Origin: an uncultured Pelagibacteraceae bacterium
GTDB lineage: Bacteria > Pseudomonadota > Alphaproteobacteria > Pelagibacterales > Pelagibacteraceae
Direction: 5' to 3'
Assembly: GCA_902630945.1 (NCBI GenBank)
Contig: CACOWV010000001.1
Span: 80,196 to 144,195, forward strand
Length of the DNA stretch: 64,000 nt
Positions within the stretch are counted from its first letter, which is position 1. Every line of letters begins with the position of its first letter. Of this stretch, positions 10,266-20,309 are shown piece by piece. The translations under genes and the position numbers were made by a program. Below the pieces are notes generated by a model. That model did not search any database. It was not told the DNA's origin and saw only the letters and a list, made by a program, of their open reading frames with translations.

Positions 10266-11333
10266 ATGCGTAAAAATTTTTTCAAGACAAGTTTTAAGCT
10301 TTTAGATCAAAAAGGTGTAGGTTCAATTTTTAAAGCTTTCTTAAGCTCTATTTTTTTGATTTCTTTTTTTTATTCGGTACCATCTTTCATAAGTTACTCG
10401 AAATATAAATCAAGTGAATATAAAAATAATTCTAAAGCAGTTCTTGCTTACACACTTAGTAATAAATCTGATGAAGACTTGTCAAATAATGATTTTTTAG
10501 ACGAAAATGATTTATTGCGAGATATATTTAGCTTAAATGATTTAGAAACCGATACCGTAAGATTAAATGCTTCTACAATTAAACAATTATTCGAAGACAC
10601 TAATTATACATTAGAGGATGTAAGAAAAAAAAAGTTGGTTAAACCAGTGGCATTGACTTTATTACCTGGTGAAATCAAAATGATTGAAAACACTAGTCAA
10701 AGAAAAGAATTTTTTATTCAAATTGTTTTACCATTAATATTACAAGAAAATAATAATATTAGACTTGATAGAAAAAGACTTTTTGGGATTATAAATAAAA
10801 GTAATAACACCGATTTAGAAAAAAAATGGCTTGAAAAAAAATATAAACAATATGGAATCCCATCCAAAGATCTTTCGATATTAAAAATTAGAATGGATGA
10901 AATTCCAGTATCTCTTGCAATTGCACAAGCAGCTAAAGAAACAGGTTGGGGCACATCAAGATTTGCCCAAGAAGGTAACGCGTTATTTGGACAGTGGACT
11001 TGGTCTGGCGAAGGATTGAAGCCCAAAGACTCCGAAAAAAGTGAAGGTCATAAAGTAATGAAATTTAATGTTTTGCAAGCATCTGTAAGAGCTTATCAGC
11101 GAAATCTGAACACACACTCGTCTTATAAAAATTTAAGAAAAGCTAGAGCAGAGTTAAGAGATAGAGGAAAACCTCTAGATAGTTTGATACTTGCAAAATA
11201 TCTGAATATGTATGCTGAGACTGGTGAAAAATATGTTGAGGTCCTTCAACAAATTATTAAACAAAATAATTTGAAAGATTTTGACGACGCAAAACTACTT
11301 CCATCAAGTATTGAACTAGAAAGCTTAATTTAA
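10266..11333 (+). CDS. Bax-like glucosaminidase (GH73 peptidoglycan hydrolase family)
   Basis: IPVSLAIAQAAKETGWGTSRFAQEGNALFGQW, NLNTHSSY, YAETGEKY; N-terminal TM. Confidence 0.88.
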   Translation: MRKNFFKTSFKLLDQKGVGSIFKAFLSSIFLISFFYSVPSFISYSKYKSSEYKNNSKAVLAYTLSNKSDEDLSNNDFLDENDLLRDIFSLNDLETDTVRLNASTIKQLFEDTNYTLEDVRKKKLVKPVALTLLPGEIKMIENTSQRKEFFIQIVLPLILQENNNIRLDRKRLFGIINKSNNTDLEKKWLEKKYKQYGIPSKDLSILKIRMDEIPVSLAIAQAAKETGWGTSRFAQEGNALFGQWTWSGEGLKPKDSEKSEGHKVMKFNVLQASVRAYQRNLNTHSSYKNLRKARAELRDRGKPLDSLILAKYLNMYAETGEKYVEVLQQIIKQNNLKDFDDAKLLPSSIELESLI

Positions 11334-12391
11334 TCTTGAATGACGGTAAACTGAGTTCCAAACCATCGCCATTGGCCATTGTCATTTAAAGAACAATTAA
11401 TCCTTCCTCTTCTTGGAAGAAATTTTTCTTTAAATTTAATGTGTAAAAAATTTTTTTCAAAATGCATATCCGGCTCTTTCCATGAACCGCCGTCATTTGA
11501 ATAACAAGTAATATTATCAATATTTTTTTGTTCTGAAAAAAATTCAACTGTAACCTTAGGTGGGTTATCAATTATTTCTAATTTTTTTTCCTCCGGTTTT
11601 AAATCTTTATATTCTAAAGGTTTATATTGTATTAAAGACTTAAACCTTTTAAGATTTCCATATTTTTCGTTAATTGGAAAACGAGGTAGCTCATATTTAT
11701 CTTTGTTGACATCAATTACACCTGAATGTTGACCAAAACCTATTTTAAAATTTTTAGAAATATAATCTTTCATTTCTTTAGAATATTCACCAAAAGGATA
11801 TGAAAATATCTCTGGATTATAACCTAAATTTTCTTTAAATATTTTTGTTGCAGTTTCAATATCATTTACAAACTCAGAATAATTCATATCAATTAAATAT
11901 TCATGAGTATGTGAGTGATGACCAATATATCCCAGGTCTGAATTTTCTATTTCTTTTATTTCATCCCAATTCATATAACCATTTTTTCCAATTGGTTCAG
12001 TAGAGACAAATAGTATAAAAGGAATCTTGTTTTTTTTTAAGTAAGGCCAAGCTTCTGTATAAAATGACTTAAATCCATCATCAATAGTAATTAATATTTT
12101 TTTTTCTTTTTTAGGATTTTCAAATTCATTTAAAAATCTTTTAGGATTATAAAATTTATAATCTAAATCTTTTATAATTAACATTTGTTGATCAAATACA
12201 TTCATTCGAATGTTTGTAGATGGATATTTGTTTTCATTGAATCTATGGTACATCAAAGATAAAACACCATTATCTTTTGAATAATATTTGCTATTCTCAT
12301 CTTGTGAATTAGAATTACATATAAAAAATAATTGTAAAATGAGCAGACTAATAATTGATGCAGCTAAAGATAAGATTTTTTTTATGATCAT
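11330..12391 (-). CDS. Exported polysaccharide deacetylase (CE4/NodB)
   Basis: LMYHRF, ITIDDG, HHSHTH, FSYPFGEY, LPRFPIN; signal-peptide-like N-terminus. Confidence 0.9.
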   Translation of the reverse strand: MIIKKILSLAASIISLLILQLFFICNSNSQDENSKYYSKDNGVLSLMYHRFNENKYPSTNIRMNVFDQQMLIIKDLDYKFYNPKRFLNEFENPKKEKKILITIDDGFKSFYTEAWPYLKKNKIPFILFVSTEPIGKNGYMNWDEIKEIENSDLGYIGHHSHTHEYLIDMNYSEFVNDIETATKIFKENLGYNPEIFSYPFGEYSKEMKDYISKNFKIGFGQHSGVIDVNKDKYELPRFPINEKYGNLKRFKSLIQYKPLEYKDLKPEEKKLEIIDNPPKVTVEFFSEQKNIDNITCYSNDGGSWKEPDMHFEKNFLHIKFKEKFLPRRGRINCSLNDNGQWRWFGTQFTVIQD

Positions 12392-12725
12392 TGATAATGA
12401 TAATATTTATAGTATTACTCATGAAAATAGTAAAAGTAATTATGAGAAATTAACAATGTTAATAAGTGATTTTTTAAAATCTAAAAATCTAGCTTTAAGT
12501 AAAATATTAGAAATTTATGTAAATAAAGGACCCGGTAGCTTTGCAGGTATAAGAAATGCCCTATCTACTGTAAAAGCTATTCATTTAGTGAAAAAAGTAG
12601 ATTATTATTGTTTTAGTTTAAATGATTTTGAGGGTGAAAATGAGGTTAAATATGAAAATATTCCTAATCTATGTAAAAAATTTAAAGTTAAAAAAAATTT
12701 GATTAATCCTATTTATATGAGTTAA
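12339..12725 (+). CDS. tsaB: t6A biosynthesis protein TsaB, short form
   Basis: VNKGPGSFAGIR motif; likely start ATG 12339 (MSRLIIDAA); upstream of fur as in other alphaproteobacteria. Confidence 0.8.
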   Translation: MSRLIIDAAKDKIFFMIIDNDNIYSITHENSKSNYEKLTMLISDFLKSKNLALSKILEIYVNKGPGSFAGIRNALSTVKAIHLVKKVDYYCFSLNDFEGENEVKYENIPNLCKKFKVKKNLINPIYMS

Positions 12726-12733
12726 AATTAAGT

Positions 12734-13171
12734 ATGTCAGAAACTATAGAACAAAAATGTTTGTCAAAGGGAGTCAAACTTACCGATCAAAGAAGGATAA
12801 TAGCAAAAGTTATTTCTGAATCAAAAGCTGAGTATGGTGAGTCAGATCATCCAGATGTAGACGAACTTTATAAAAGAGTTTCTAAAATCGATCCGAAAAT
12901 TAGTATTGCAACAGTTTATAGAACTGTAAAATTATTTGAGGAAGCTGGCATATTAACTAAACATGATTTTAAAGGTGGAAAAGCAAGGTATGAGGCGATT
13001 GTTGAGAGTCATCATGATCATTTAATTGATATAAAAACTGGTGAAATTATTGAATTTGTCGATGATGAAATTGAAAAATTACAAAAAAAAGTCGCAGAAA
13101 AACATGGTTACAAATTAGTAGATCATAAACTTGAATTGTATGGTGTTAAAGTTAACTCCAAAGATGAATAA
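12734..13171 (+). CDS. fur: Fur-family regulator (Fur/Mur)
   Basis: LTDQRRII, DHPDVDELY, SIATVYRTVKLFEE, HHDHLID, HKLELYG. Confidence 0.93.
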   Translation: MSETIEQKCLSKGVKLTDQRRIIAKVISESKAEYGESDHPDVDELYKRVSKIDPKISIATVYRTVKLFEEAGILTKHDFKGGKARYEAIVESHHDHLIDIKTGEIIEFVDDEIEKLQKKVAEKHGYKLVDHKLELYGVKVNSKDE

Positions 13172-14492
13172 AAAAATTTTTATCAAGACTTTTGGGTGTC
13201 AGATGAATGAATATGACTCTAATCGTATATTTGATACCGTAAAAAAAATTGGATTTATAAAAACTAAAAATTTAGAAGAGACAAATTGCTATTTATTGAA
13301 TACTTGTCACATAAGAGACAAAGCAAAAGATAAAGTTTATCACGATATCGGTAGAATAAAAAAAAAATTTAGGTCAAAAAAAAAGCCTTTGGTCATTGTT
13401 ACAGGTTGTGTTGCTCAAGCTGAAAATGAAGAAATGTTAAAAAGAGAACCATACATTGATTTGGTAATAGGCCCACAAGCTTATCACAAAATTAATGATA
13501 AAATTGAGGAATATTTGAATAATCAAAAAAAAATAGATGAGACAGAATTTGATACGATTTCAAAATTTAATTATTTACGGAATATAAAGAATTCATCAAA
13601 TAGTACATCTTCTTTTTTAACCATACAAGAAGGCTGTGATAAGTTTTGTCATTTTTGTGTAGTTCCCTTCACAAGAGGACCAGAGTATTCAAGACCTTTT
13701 AAGGAGATTATTGATGAAGCAAAAATTCTTGCCGCTAATGGAGTTAGAGAAATTACTTTATTGGGTCAAAACGTAAACGCATACAATTATAATAGTTTTA
13801 GATTATCTAATATAATATTTGAGATTGAAAAAATTCCTGAAATTTTAAGAATTAGATATACAACATCGCATCCAGTAGATATGACAAATGATTTAATTGA
13901 GGTTTATGGTGTTTCAAAAAAATTAATGCCATTAATTCATCTGCCAGTTCAAAGTGGCTCAGATAAAGTTTTAAAATTAATGAATAGGAAACATAAAATA
14001 AAAGATTATTTTGAGATTTATAAAAAATTGAAAGAAATAAATTCAGCAATTGAATTCTCTAGTGATTTTATCATTGGATATCCAGGAGAAGATGATAGTG
14101 ATTTTAAAAAAACATTAGATTTAATTAAAAAATTAAGATTTATTAATTCTTATTCATTCATTTTTAGTCCAAGGCCTGGCACAGTTGCTTCTAGATCTAA
14201 ATTGATAGATAAAGAAACATCTACAAAGAGACTAGAAATTATTCAAAAGGAATTATTTAATAATCAAATAAAAATGAATAAATCTCAAGAAAACAATATA
14301 GTTGATGTATTGGTTGAAAACAAAACGAAAGAAGGCAATAAGTTTTTTGGTAGATCAGAACACATGACTCCTGTAATATTTGATGCTAATAATGACGACG
14401 TAGGAAAAATTGTAAAAGTGAAAATTGAACAATACAATCGAAACACATTATTTGGTAGAATAGTGAGAAAATCAAAACTAAGAGTGGCATAG
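13164..14492 (+). CDS. miaB: tRNA-i6A37 methylthiotransferase
   Basis: TFGCQMNEYDS, CDKFCHFC radical-SAM motif, C-terminal TRAM; start ATG 13164 preferred over TTG 13131. Confidence 0.96.
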   Translation: MNKKIFIKTFGCQMNEYDSNRIFDTVKKIGFIKTKNLEETNCYLLNTCHIRDKAKDKVYHDIGRIKKKFRSKKKPLVIVTGCVAQAENEEMLKREPYIDLVIGPQAYHKINDKIEEYLNNQKKIDETEFDTISKFNYLRNIKNSSNSTSSFLTIQEGCDKFCHFCVVPFTRGPEYSRPFKEIIDEAKILAANGVREITLLGQNVNAYNYNSFRLSNIIFEIEKIPEILRIRYTTSHPVDMTNDLIEVYGVSKKLMPLIHLPVQSGSDKVLKLMNRKHKIKDYFEIYKKLKEINSAIEFSSDFIIGYPGEDDSDFKKTLDLIKKLRFINSYSFIFSPRPGTVASRSKLIDKETSTKRLEIIQKELFNNQIKMNKSQENNIVDVLVENKTKEGNKFFGRSEHMTPVIFDANNDDVGKIVKVKIEQYNRNTLFGRIVRKSKLRVA

Positions 14493-14494
14493 AT

Positions 14495-15490
14495 TTGAGC
14501 AATTCTATTAAAAAAAATATTCAAACGTCATTGAAATTTGTTTATTCTGACAATAATTCATTAAGTGTTATTTTTCATGATAACAATCTCTTATTGGGTG
14601 TTGTAGGAGAATTTAATAAGAATTTGAAAGAACTTGAAAAAATTACTGGTGCAAGTTTATATTCAAGAGGAAATTCAATTTTGATCAAATCTTCCATAGA
14701 AAAAAATGAAATAGTTAAAAATGCAATTCAATTTTTAGTTAATCAATTCTTAAATAATGGTAGTATTGAAAATAAAGATATTTTATCCTCAGTAGATAAA
14801 TTTATGATTAATGAAAAAGTAAAAAATAATAACGTCACTGATATTATCAAAACACCAAAAAAATCTATTATACCACGGTCCGAGAAACAAAAAGGTTATG
14901 TTAGAGCGCTTAGAGAAAGCGATATTGTCATTTCATCAGGACCAGCTGGAACTGGAAAGACTTTTCTATCTGTAGCAGTAGGTCTTACTATGTTATTAGA
15001 AAAAAAAATTGAGAGAATAATTTTGTCAAGACCTGCAGTTGAAGCAGGAGAACGTTTAGGTTTTTTGCCTGGTGATATGAAAGAAAAAGTTGATCCATAT
15101 TTACGTCCTTTATATGATTCTCTTTACGATTTATTTCATTTTGAGAAAATTCAAAGAATGATTGAAATTGGAGATATAGAAATAGCACCTTTGGCTTTTA
15201 TGAGAGGAAGAACCTTAAAAAATTCTTTTGCTATTTTAGATGAAGCTCAAAATGCTTCCGACACTCAAATTAAGATGTTTCTTACTCGAATAGGTGAAAA
15301 TTCAAAAATTGTTGTAAATGGTGATCCATCACAAATTGATTTACCTAATAAAAAAATGTCGGGTCTTGTAAGGTCGAAAGAACTATTAGGTCATTTAAGT
15401 GAGATTACAGTAGTTGACTTTGATCACTCTGATGTTGTTCGGCATCCGTTAGTTTCCAAAATTGTAAAAGCTTATTCACAAAATGATTAA
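14495..15490 (+). CDS. phoH: PhoH-family ATPase (YbeZ)
   Basis: GPAGTGKT, RPAVEAGERLGFLPG, MRGRTL, DEAQN. Confidence 0.95.
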   Translation: MSNSIKKNIQTSLKFVYSDNNSLSVIFHDNNLLLGVVGEFNKNLKELEKITGASLYSRGNSILIKSSIEKNEIVKNAIQFLVNQFLNNGSIENKDILSSVDKFMINEKVKNNNVTDIIKTPKKSIIPRSEKQKGYVRALRESDIVISSGPAGTGKTFLSVAVGLTMLLEKKIERIILSRPAVEAGERLGFLPGDMKEKVDPYLRPLYDSLYDLFHFEKIQRMIEIGDIEIAPLAFMRGRTLKNSFAILDEAQNASDTQIKMFLTRIGENSKIVVNGDPSQIDLPNKKMSGLVRSKELLGHLSEITVVDFDHSDVVRHPLVSKIVKAYSQND

Positions 15491-15944
15491 TATAAACGTC
15501 TTCTCTGAGGAGAAGGCTTGGTCCAGAAGACTTAAAAGAAAAGAATATTTTTTTAATCAAATTTGTAAAGCATTTCCAAAAAAATATAAATTTTCGAATA
15601 AAAAAGTCAGCCTTACCTTACTACTATCAAATAATAAAAAAATTAGAAAATTAAATAAAGATTTTAGGAATAAAAATAAATCTACTGATATTTTGTCTTT
15701 TCCTTTAAATAAAAAAAAAAGATTATCCAAAAAAACTTATATTGGGGATATTATAATTAGTTACAACTTTATTGATAAACCAAAATCACAAAAATTCAAA
15801 TTTTTTAAAAAAAAGTTAATTAAAATTTTTATTCATGGTTTTCTTCATCTTTTAAATTTTGATCATATTAAAGATAAAGATTATAAAAAAATGCTGAAAG
15901 AGGAAGAATATATATATCAATCAGTCAGTTCAAAATTAAATTGA
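15483..15944 (+). CDS. ybeY: rRNA maturation endoribonuclease YbeY
   Basis: TDILSFP, GDIIIS, IHGFLHLLNFDH. Confidence 0.94.
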   Translation: MININVFSEEKAWSRRLKRKEYFFNQICKAFPKKYKFSNKKVSLTLLLSNNKKIRKLNKDFRNKNKSTDILSFPLNKKKRLSKKTYIGDIIISYNFIDKPKSQKFKFFKKKLIKIFIHGFLHLLNFDHIKDKDYKKMLKEEEYIYQSVSSKLN

Positions 15945-17485
15945 AAAAAAAAATATACATCGACACATTATTTTTAATTTCTTTAGGGATGATTACATCT
16001 TTAAGTTTACCACCATTTAATTATTTCATAGTAAATTTTTTCACATTTTCGTTGTTTTTTTTATTTTTGATTAAAAAAAAAAATCAAAACAAAAATAAAA
16101 AATTATTTTTTCTATATGGATGGTTATTTGGTTTTGGCTATTTTTTAACAAATTTATATTGGATATCAATTTCATTATCTTTTGATGGAAATTTTAGATA
16201 TTTAATCCCAATAACTATTTTTTTGATACCTGCTTTTCTTTCAATATTTTATGGATTAGTAAGTTTCTTTTTTGTAATTTTTAAAACAAAAAAAATTATT
16301 ACTTCTTTTTTGTTTTTTTCATTATCATTTGGAACTATTGAGTTTCTAAGAGGGACTATCTTAACAGGATTTCCCTGGAATTTAATAGCTTATAGTTTTT
16401 CTAATCAAATAGAAATATTAAGTATAATTTCTTTTCTTGGAACATACGGATTTAACTTATTTTGTATTTCATTATTTACAAGTCCAGCTATTTTTTTCGC
16501 AAGAAATAACAAAAAAGATATGGTTGTTTGCATTTTTTTTATTATTTCAATAATAGCATTTTATCTAAATGGCATTTCTTACAAAAAAGAATTCAATAAT
16601 TCACAAAAAAAAATTATTGACTATAAGATTCGAATTATAGGTTCTCAAATAAGTCTTGATAGATTTTATTCGAATATAGAACCGATTTCAGTGATTGAAG
16701 ATCTAATTGAGTTAAGTAGTCCCAATTTAAATGAAAAAATAATTTTTGTTTGGCCTGAAGGAATTTTACCAGGTTTATCCCAAAAAGAATTAATAGAATA
16801 TAAATGGCTTTTTGATGAAAAATTTAGTGAAAATCATTTATTTATAATTGGAACCAACAGTCAGTCTAGTGAAGATGGAGTAAAAAAATATTACAATTCT
16901 TTAACTTTATATGATGATCAATTAAGAATTATTGACTCTTACAATAAAATTAATCTTGTGCCATTTGGTGAATTTTTACCTTTCGAAAAATTTATGAAAT
17001 TAGTAGGTTTGAGGTCAATCACAAATAATTACCAACCTTTTTCAAGTGGCGAAATAAGAAATATTATTGAAATTAAAAAACAAAATTTTTCATTACATAT
17101 ATTACCTCTTATTTGTTATGAAATTATCTATAGTGGTAAACTTTTTAAAAGTAGTGAATTTGATGCAATTATTAATATATCTGAGGATGGGTGGTTTGGG
17201 CAGTCAATTGGTCCAGAGCAGCATTTTGTTCACAGTGTATTTAGGTCAATTGAAAGCGGCAAATACATACTTCGTTCATCAAACAATGGTATTGCTGCAA
17301 TTATAAACCCTATAGGTGTAATTGAAAAAAAAGTAAACTTTGGGGAAACTGGGTACATTGATCTTAAAGAAATTCAGATAATTCAACCAACCATTTTTTC
17401 AAAATATGGAAATAAAATGTTTGGATTATTAATTTTATTGTATATTTTTTTAATATTTTCATTTAATAAAATGCACAATGAGTAA
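15941..17485 (+). CDS. lnt: Apolipoprotein N-acyltransferase
   Basis: [31 protein letters not shown]. Confidence 0.94.
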   Translation: MKKKIYIDTLFLISLGMITSLSLPPFNYFIVNFFTFSLFFLFLIKKKNQNKNKKLFFLYGWLFGFGYFLTNLYWISISLSFDGNFRYLIPITIFLIPAFLSIFYGLVSFFFVIFKTKKIITSFLFFSLSFGTIEFLRGTILTGFPWNLIAYSFSNQIEILSIISFLGTYGFNLFCISLFTSPAIFFARNNKKDMVVCIFFIISIIAFYLNGISYKKEFNNSQKKIIDYKIRIIGSQISLDRFYSNIEPISVIEDLIELSSPNLNEKIIFVWPEGILPGLSQKELIEYKWLFDEKFSENHLFIIGTNSQSSEDGVKKYYNSLTLYDDQLRIIDSYNKINLVPFGEFLPFEKFMKLVGLRSITNNYQPFSSGEIRNIIEIKKQNFSLHILPLICYEIIYSGKLFKSSEFDAIINISEDGWFGQSIGPEQHFVHSVFRSIESGKYILRSSNNGIAAIINPIGVIEKKVNFGETGYIDLKEIQIIQPTIFSKYGNKMFGLLILLYIFLIFSFNKMHNE

Positions 17486-18647
17486 CCATAAAAATTTTCT
17501 ATTTACTAGTGAGTCTGTTTCAGAGGGTCATCCAGACAAAGTTTCAGATAGAATTTCCGATATGGTAGTTGATAGTTATATTTCCTCTGATCCATTTTCA
17601 AGAGTAGCTTGTGAAACTCTAACTACAACTAATAAAGTTGTTTTAGCAGGAGAAGTTAGGGGGCCTGAAATATCTAAAGATGAATTAATTCATAAAGTAA
17701 GAAATTGTATTAAAGATATTGGATATGATCAGGATGGTTTTACCTGGAAAGATGCAACAAAAATTGAGTGTCATCTTCATTCACAATCTTCTGACATAGC
17801 GATGGGTGTAGATTCATCTGGAAATAAAGATGAGGGGGCTGGAGATCAAGGCATTATGTTTGGCTATGCGTGCGATGAAACCGAAGTATTGATGCCAGCA
17901 CCAATTCATTATTCACATAAAATTTTAAGATTAATGGCTGAGGATAGAAAGTCTGGTAAACTAAAAGATATTGAACCAGACTCCAAAAGCCAAGTAACAT
18001 TCGAATATATTGATGGTAAACCAAGTAAAGTTAAATCTGTTGTTATTTCTTCTCAACATTCAGCAAATGTTGATCAAGCAAAAGTAAGAGAGTTACTAAG
18101 ACCGTATATGACTAAATCAATTCCAAAACATTTCCTAGATAAGTTTAATGAGGAAGAATTTTATGTAAATCCAACTGGCAACTTTGTAATAGGTGGTCCA
18201 GATGGTGATTGTGGTCTTACCGGGAGAAAAATTATTGTAGATACATATGGTGGTGCAGCACCTCATGGTGGTGGAGCTTTTTCAGGAAAAGATCCAACTA
18301 AGGTTGATAGATCAGCAGCTTATGCAGCAAGGTATATCGCAAAAAATATTGTTTCATCTAAAATAGCTGATAAATGCTTAATTCAATTAGCTTATGCTAT
18401 TGGTGTTTCAAAGCCATTATCTATATATGTTGATTTATTTGATAATGATTTGGAAAAAAATAAGTTTGTCGAACAAAAAATAAGGGAAAACTTTGATTTA
18501 AGCCCAAGAGGTATCCGAGAAATGTTAGGTTTAAATAAACCTATATATGAAAAAACCTCAGCCTATGGACATTTTGGAAGAATTCCTGAAGACAATGGCT
18601 CATTTTCATGGGAAAAAACTGATAAAATAAGCATTTTTTCAAAATAG
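17478..18647 (+). CDS. metK: S-adenosylmethionine synthetase
   Basis: [35 protein letters not shown]. Confidence 0.98.
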   Translation: MSNHKNFLFTSESVSEGHPDKVSDRISDMVVDSYISSDPFSRVACETLTTTNKVVLAGEVRGPEISKDELIHKVRNCIKDIGYDQDGFTWKDATKIECHLHSQSSDIAMGVDSSGNKDEGAGDQGIMFGYACDETEVLMPAPIHYSHKILRLMAEDRKSGKLKDIEPDSKSQVTFEYIDGKPSKVKSVVISSQHSANVDQAKVRELLRPYMTKSIPKHFLDKFNEEEFYVNPTGNFVIGGPDGDCGLTGRKIIVDTYGGAAPHGGGAFSGKDPTKVDRSAAYAARYIAKNIVSSKIADKCLIQLAYAIGVSKPLSIYVDLFDNDLEKNKFVEQKIRENFDLSPRGIREMLGLNKPIYEKTSAYGHFGRIPEDNGSFSWEKTDKISIFSK

Positions 18648-18704
18648 TTTATGTTGAATTAGAGAAAAACTTTACTATATTGCAAATACATTATTGAACT
18701 TTAC

Positions 18705-18731
18705 AAAATGGGCTTTAGCCCATTTTTTTTT
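18705..18731 (+). promoter_or_regulatory. rimP-leader-like hairpin/attenuator upstream of nusA
   Basis: AAAATGGGC-TTTA-GCCCATTTT followed by a T-run, 14 nt before the nusA ATG; possible promoter TTGAAT-N16-TATATT at 18654-18681. Confidence 0.65.
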
Positions 18732-18745
18732 GGAATAAATAAAAA

Positions 18746-20299
18746 ATGTTAAACAAAAGAGCAGATAAATTAGAATTATTAAGAATTGCTGAGGCAGTAG
18801 CATTAGAAAAATCAATTGATAAAGAGCTAATTATTTCATCAATGGAAACTGGAATAGCTAAAGCTGCAAAATCTAAATTTGGTCAAGAAAATGAAATTAA
18901 AGTTTCAATAAATAGAGATAATGGTGATATTGAAATCTTTAGAAAACTTATAGTTTCTGAAAATCCAGAGAACTCAAATACAGAGATAAAATTAGAAGAT
19001 GCAATAAATTTAAGTGATCTTAATAAAGATAAGTCAATTGGAGACGAGGTTCTTCAACCTCTACCGTCTTTTGATTTTGGAAGAATAGCTGCTCAAACAG
19101 CAAAACAAGTTATTAGTTTCAATGTAAGAGAAGCAGAAAGAGAAAGACAATTTAACGATTTCATAGATAAAAAAGATACAATTTTAAGTGGCATTGTTAA
19201 ACGTTTAGAATTTGGAAATGTAATTGTTGATCTTGGAAGGACTGAAGCAATAATTCAAAAAAATGAGCTTATACCACGTGAGAATATCAAAGCAGGAGAT
19301 AGAATTAAGGCTTATTGTTATGATGTGAGAAGAGAACCAAGAGGTCAACAAATTTTTTTATCGAGAGGTCATCCAAAATTTATGGAAAAACTTTTTGTTC
19401 AAGAGGTTCCAGAAATTTATGATGGTTTAATTGAAATTAAATCATCTTCAAGAGATCCAGGAAGTAGAGCAAAAATATGTGTTAAAGCTGTTGACACATC
19501 GCTTGATCCCGTAGGAGCATGTGTTGGAATGAGAGGATCAAGAGTTCAGGCAGTAGTAAATGAATTACAGGGTGAAAAAATAGATATTGTTAATTGGTCA
19601 GAAGATCCAGCAATTCTTGTTTCTAATGCTTTATCTCCAGCTGAAGTTCAGAGAGTTAACGTTGATCTTGAAAGAAAAAAACTTGACGTGATATTAACTG
19701 AGGAAAATTTGAGTAAGGCAATTGGAAGAAGAGGACAAAATGTAAGATTAGCTACCAAATTGTTAAATTATGAGATTAACATAATGACTGATGCAGAAGA
19801 CTCGGAAAGAAGACAATTAGAATTTAAAGAAAAAACTGAAAACTTTGTTAAAAATTTAGAATTGGATGAAACTTTAGGTCAGCTACTTGTTGCTGAGGGA
19901 TTTTCAACAATTGATGATATCAAAGACACTACATCAGAAAGCTTAGTAAAAATTGAGGGTATCGAAGAAGATACTGCAAAAGCTTTGATTGAAAGGGCAA
20001 AAGATTTTTATCAAAAAGATCAAGAAGATATTTCTCAAAAGATAAAAGAACTAGGTCTCGAAGATTCTTTGATAAATTTAAAAGGATTAACACCCGGAAT
20101 GTTAGTAACCTTGGGTGAGCAAAAAATACTTACATTAGAAAATTTTGCTGATTTAGCCTCAGATGAGCTAACTGGTGGGTATGATATTGTAAAAGGTGAA
20201 AGAATAAAGATACAAGGTTATCTAGAAGATTTTGCTTTATCTAAAGAGGAAGCTGATGAACTAATAATGTCTGCAAGAAATATTGTATACAAAGATTGA
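18746..20299 (+). CDS. nusA: Transcription termination/antitermination factor NusA
   Basis: FGRIAAQTAKQVI, RDPGSRAK, DPVGACVGMRGSRV, AIGRRGQNVRLA. Confidence 0.98.
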   Translation: MLNKRADKLELLRIAEAVALEKSIDKELIISSMETGIAKAAKSKFGQENEIKVSINRDNGDIEIFRKLIVSENPENSNTEIKLEDAINLSDLNKDKSIGDEVLQPLPSFDFGRIAAQTAKQVISFNVREAERERQFNDFIDKKDTILSGIVKRLEFGNVIVDLGRTEAIIQKNELIPRENIKAGDRIKAYCYDVRREPRGQQIFLSRGHPKFMEKLFVQEVPEIYDGLIEIKSSSRDPGSRAKICVKAVDTSLDPVGACVGMRGSRVQAVVNELQGEKIDIVNWSEDPAILVSNALSPAEVQRVNVDLERKKLDVILTEENLSKAIGRRGQNVRLATKLLNYEINIMTDAEDSERRQLEFKEKTENFVKNLELDETLGQLLVAEGFSTIDDIKDTTSESLVKIEGIEEDTAKALIERAKDFYQKDQEDISQKIKELGLEDSLINLKGLTPGMLVTLGEQKILTLENFADLASDELTGGYDIVKGERIKIQGYLEDFALSKEEADELIMSARNIVYKD

Positions 20300-20309
20300 G
20301 TGATGACTT

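Noticed and set aside
17400-17478. SAM riboswitch before metK
   Set aside because: The metK start overlaps the lnt stop, leaving no leader, and no SAM-II/SAM-V motif was recognised
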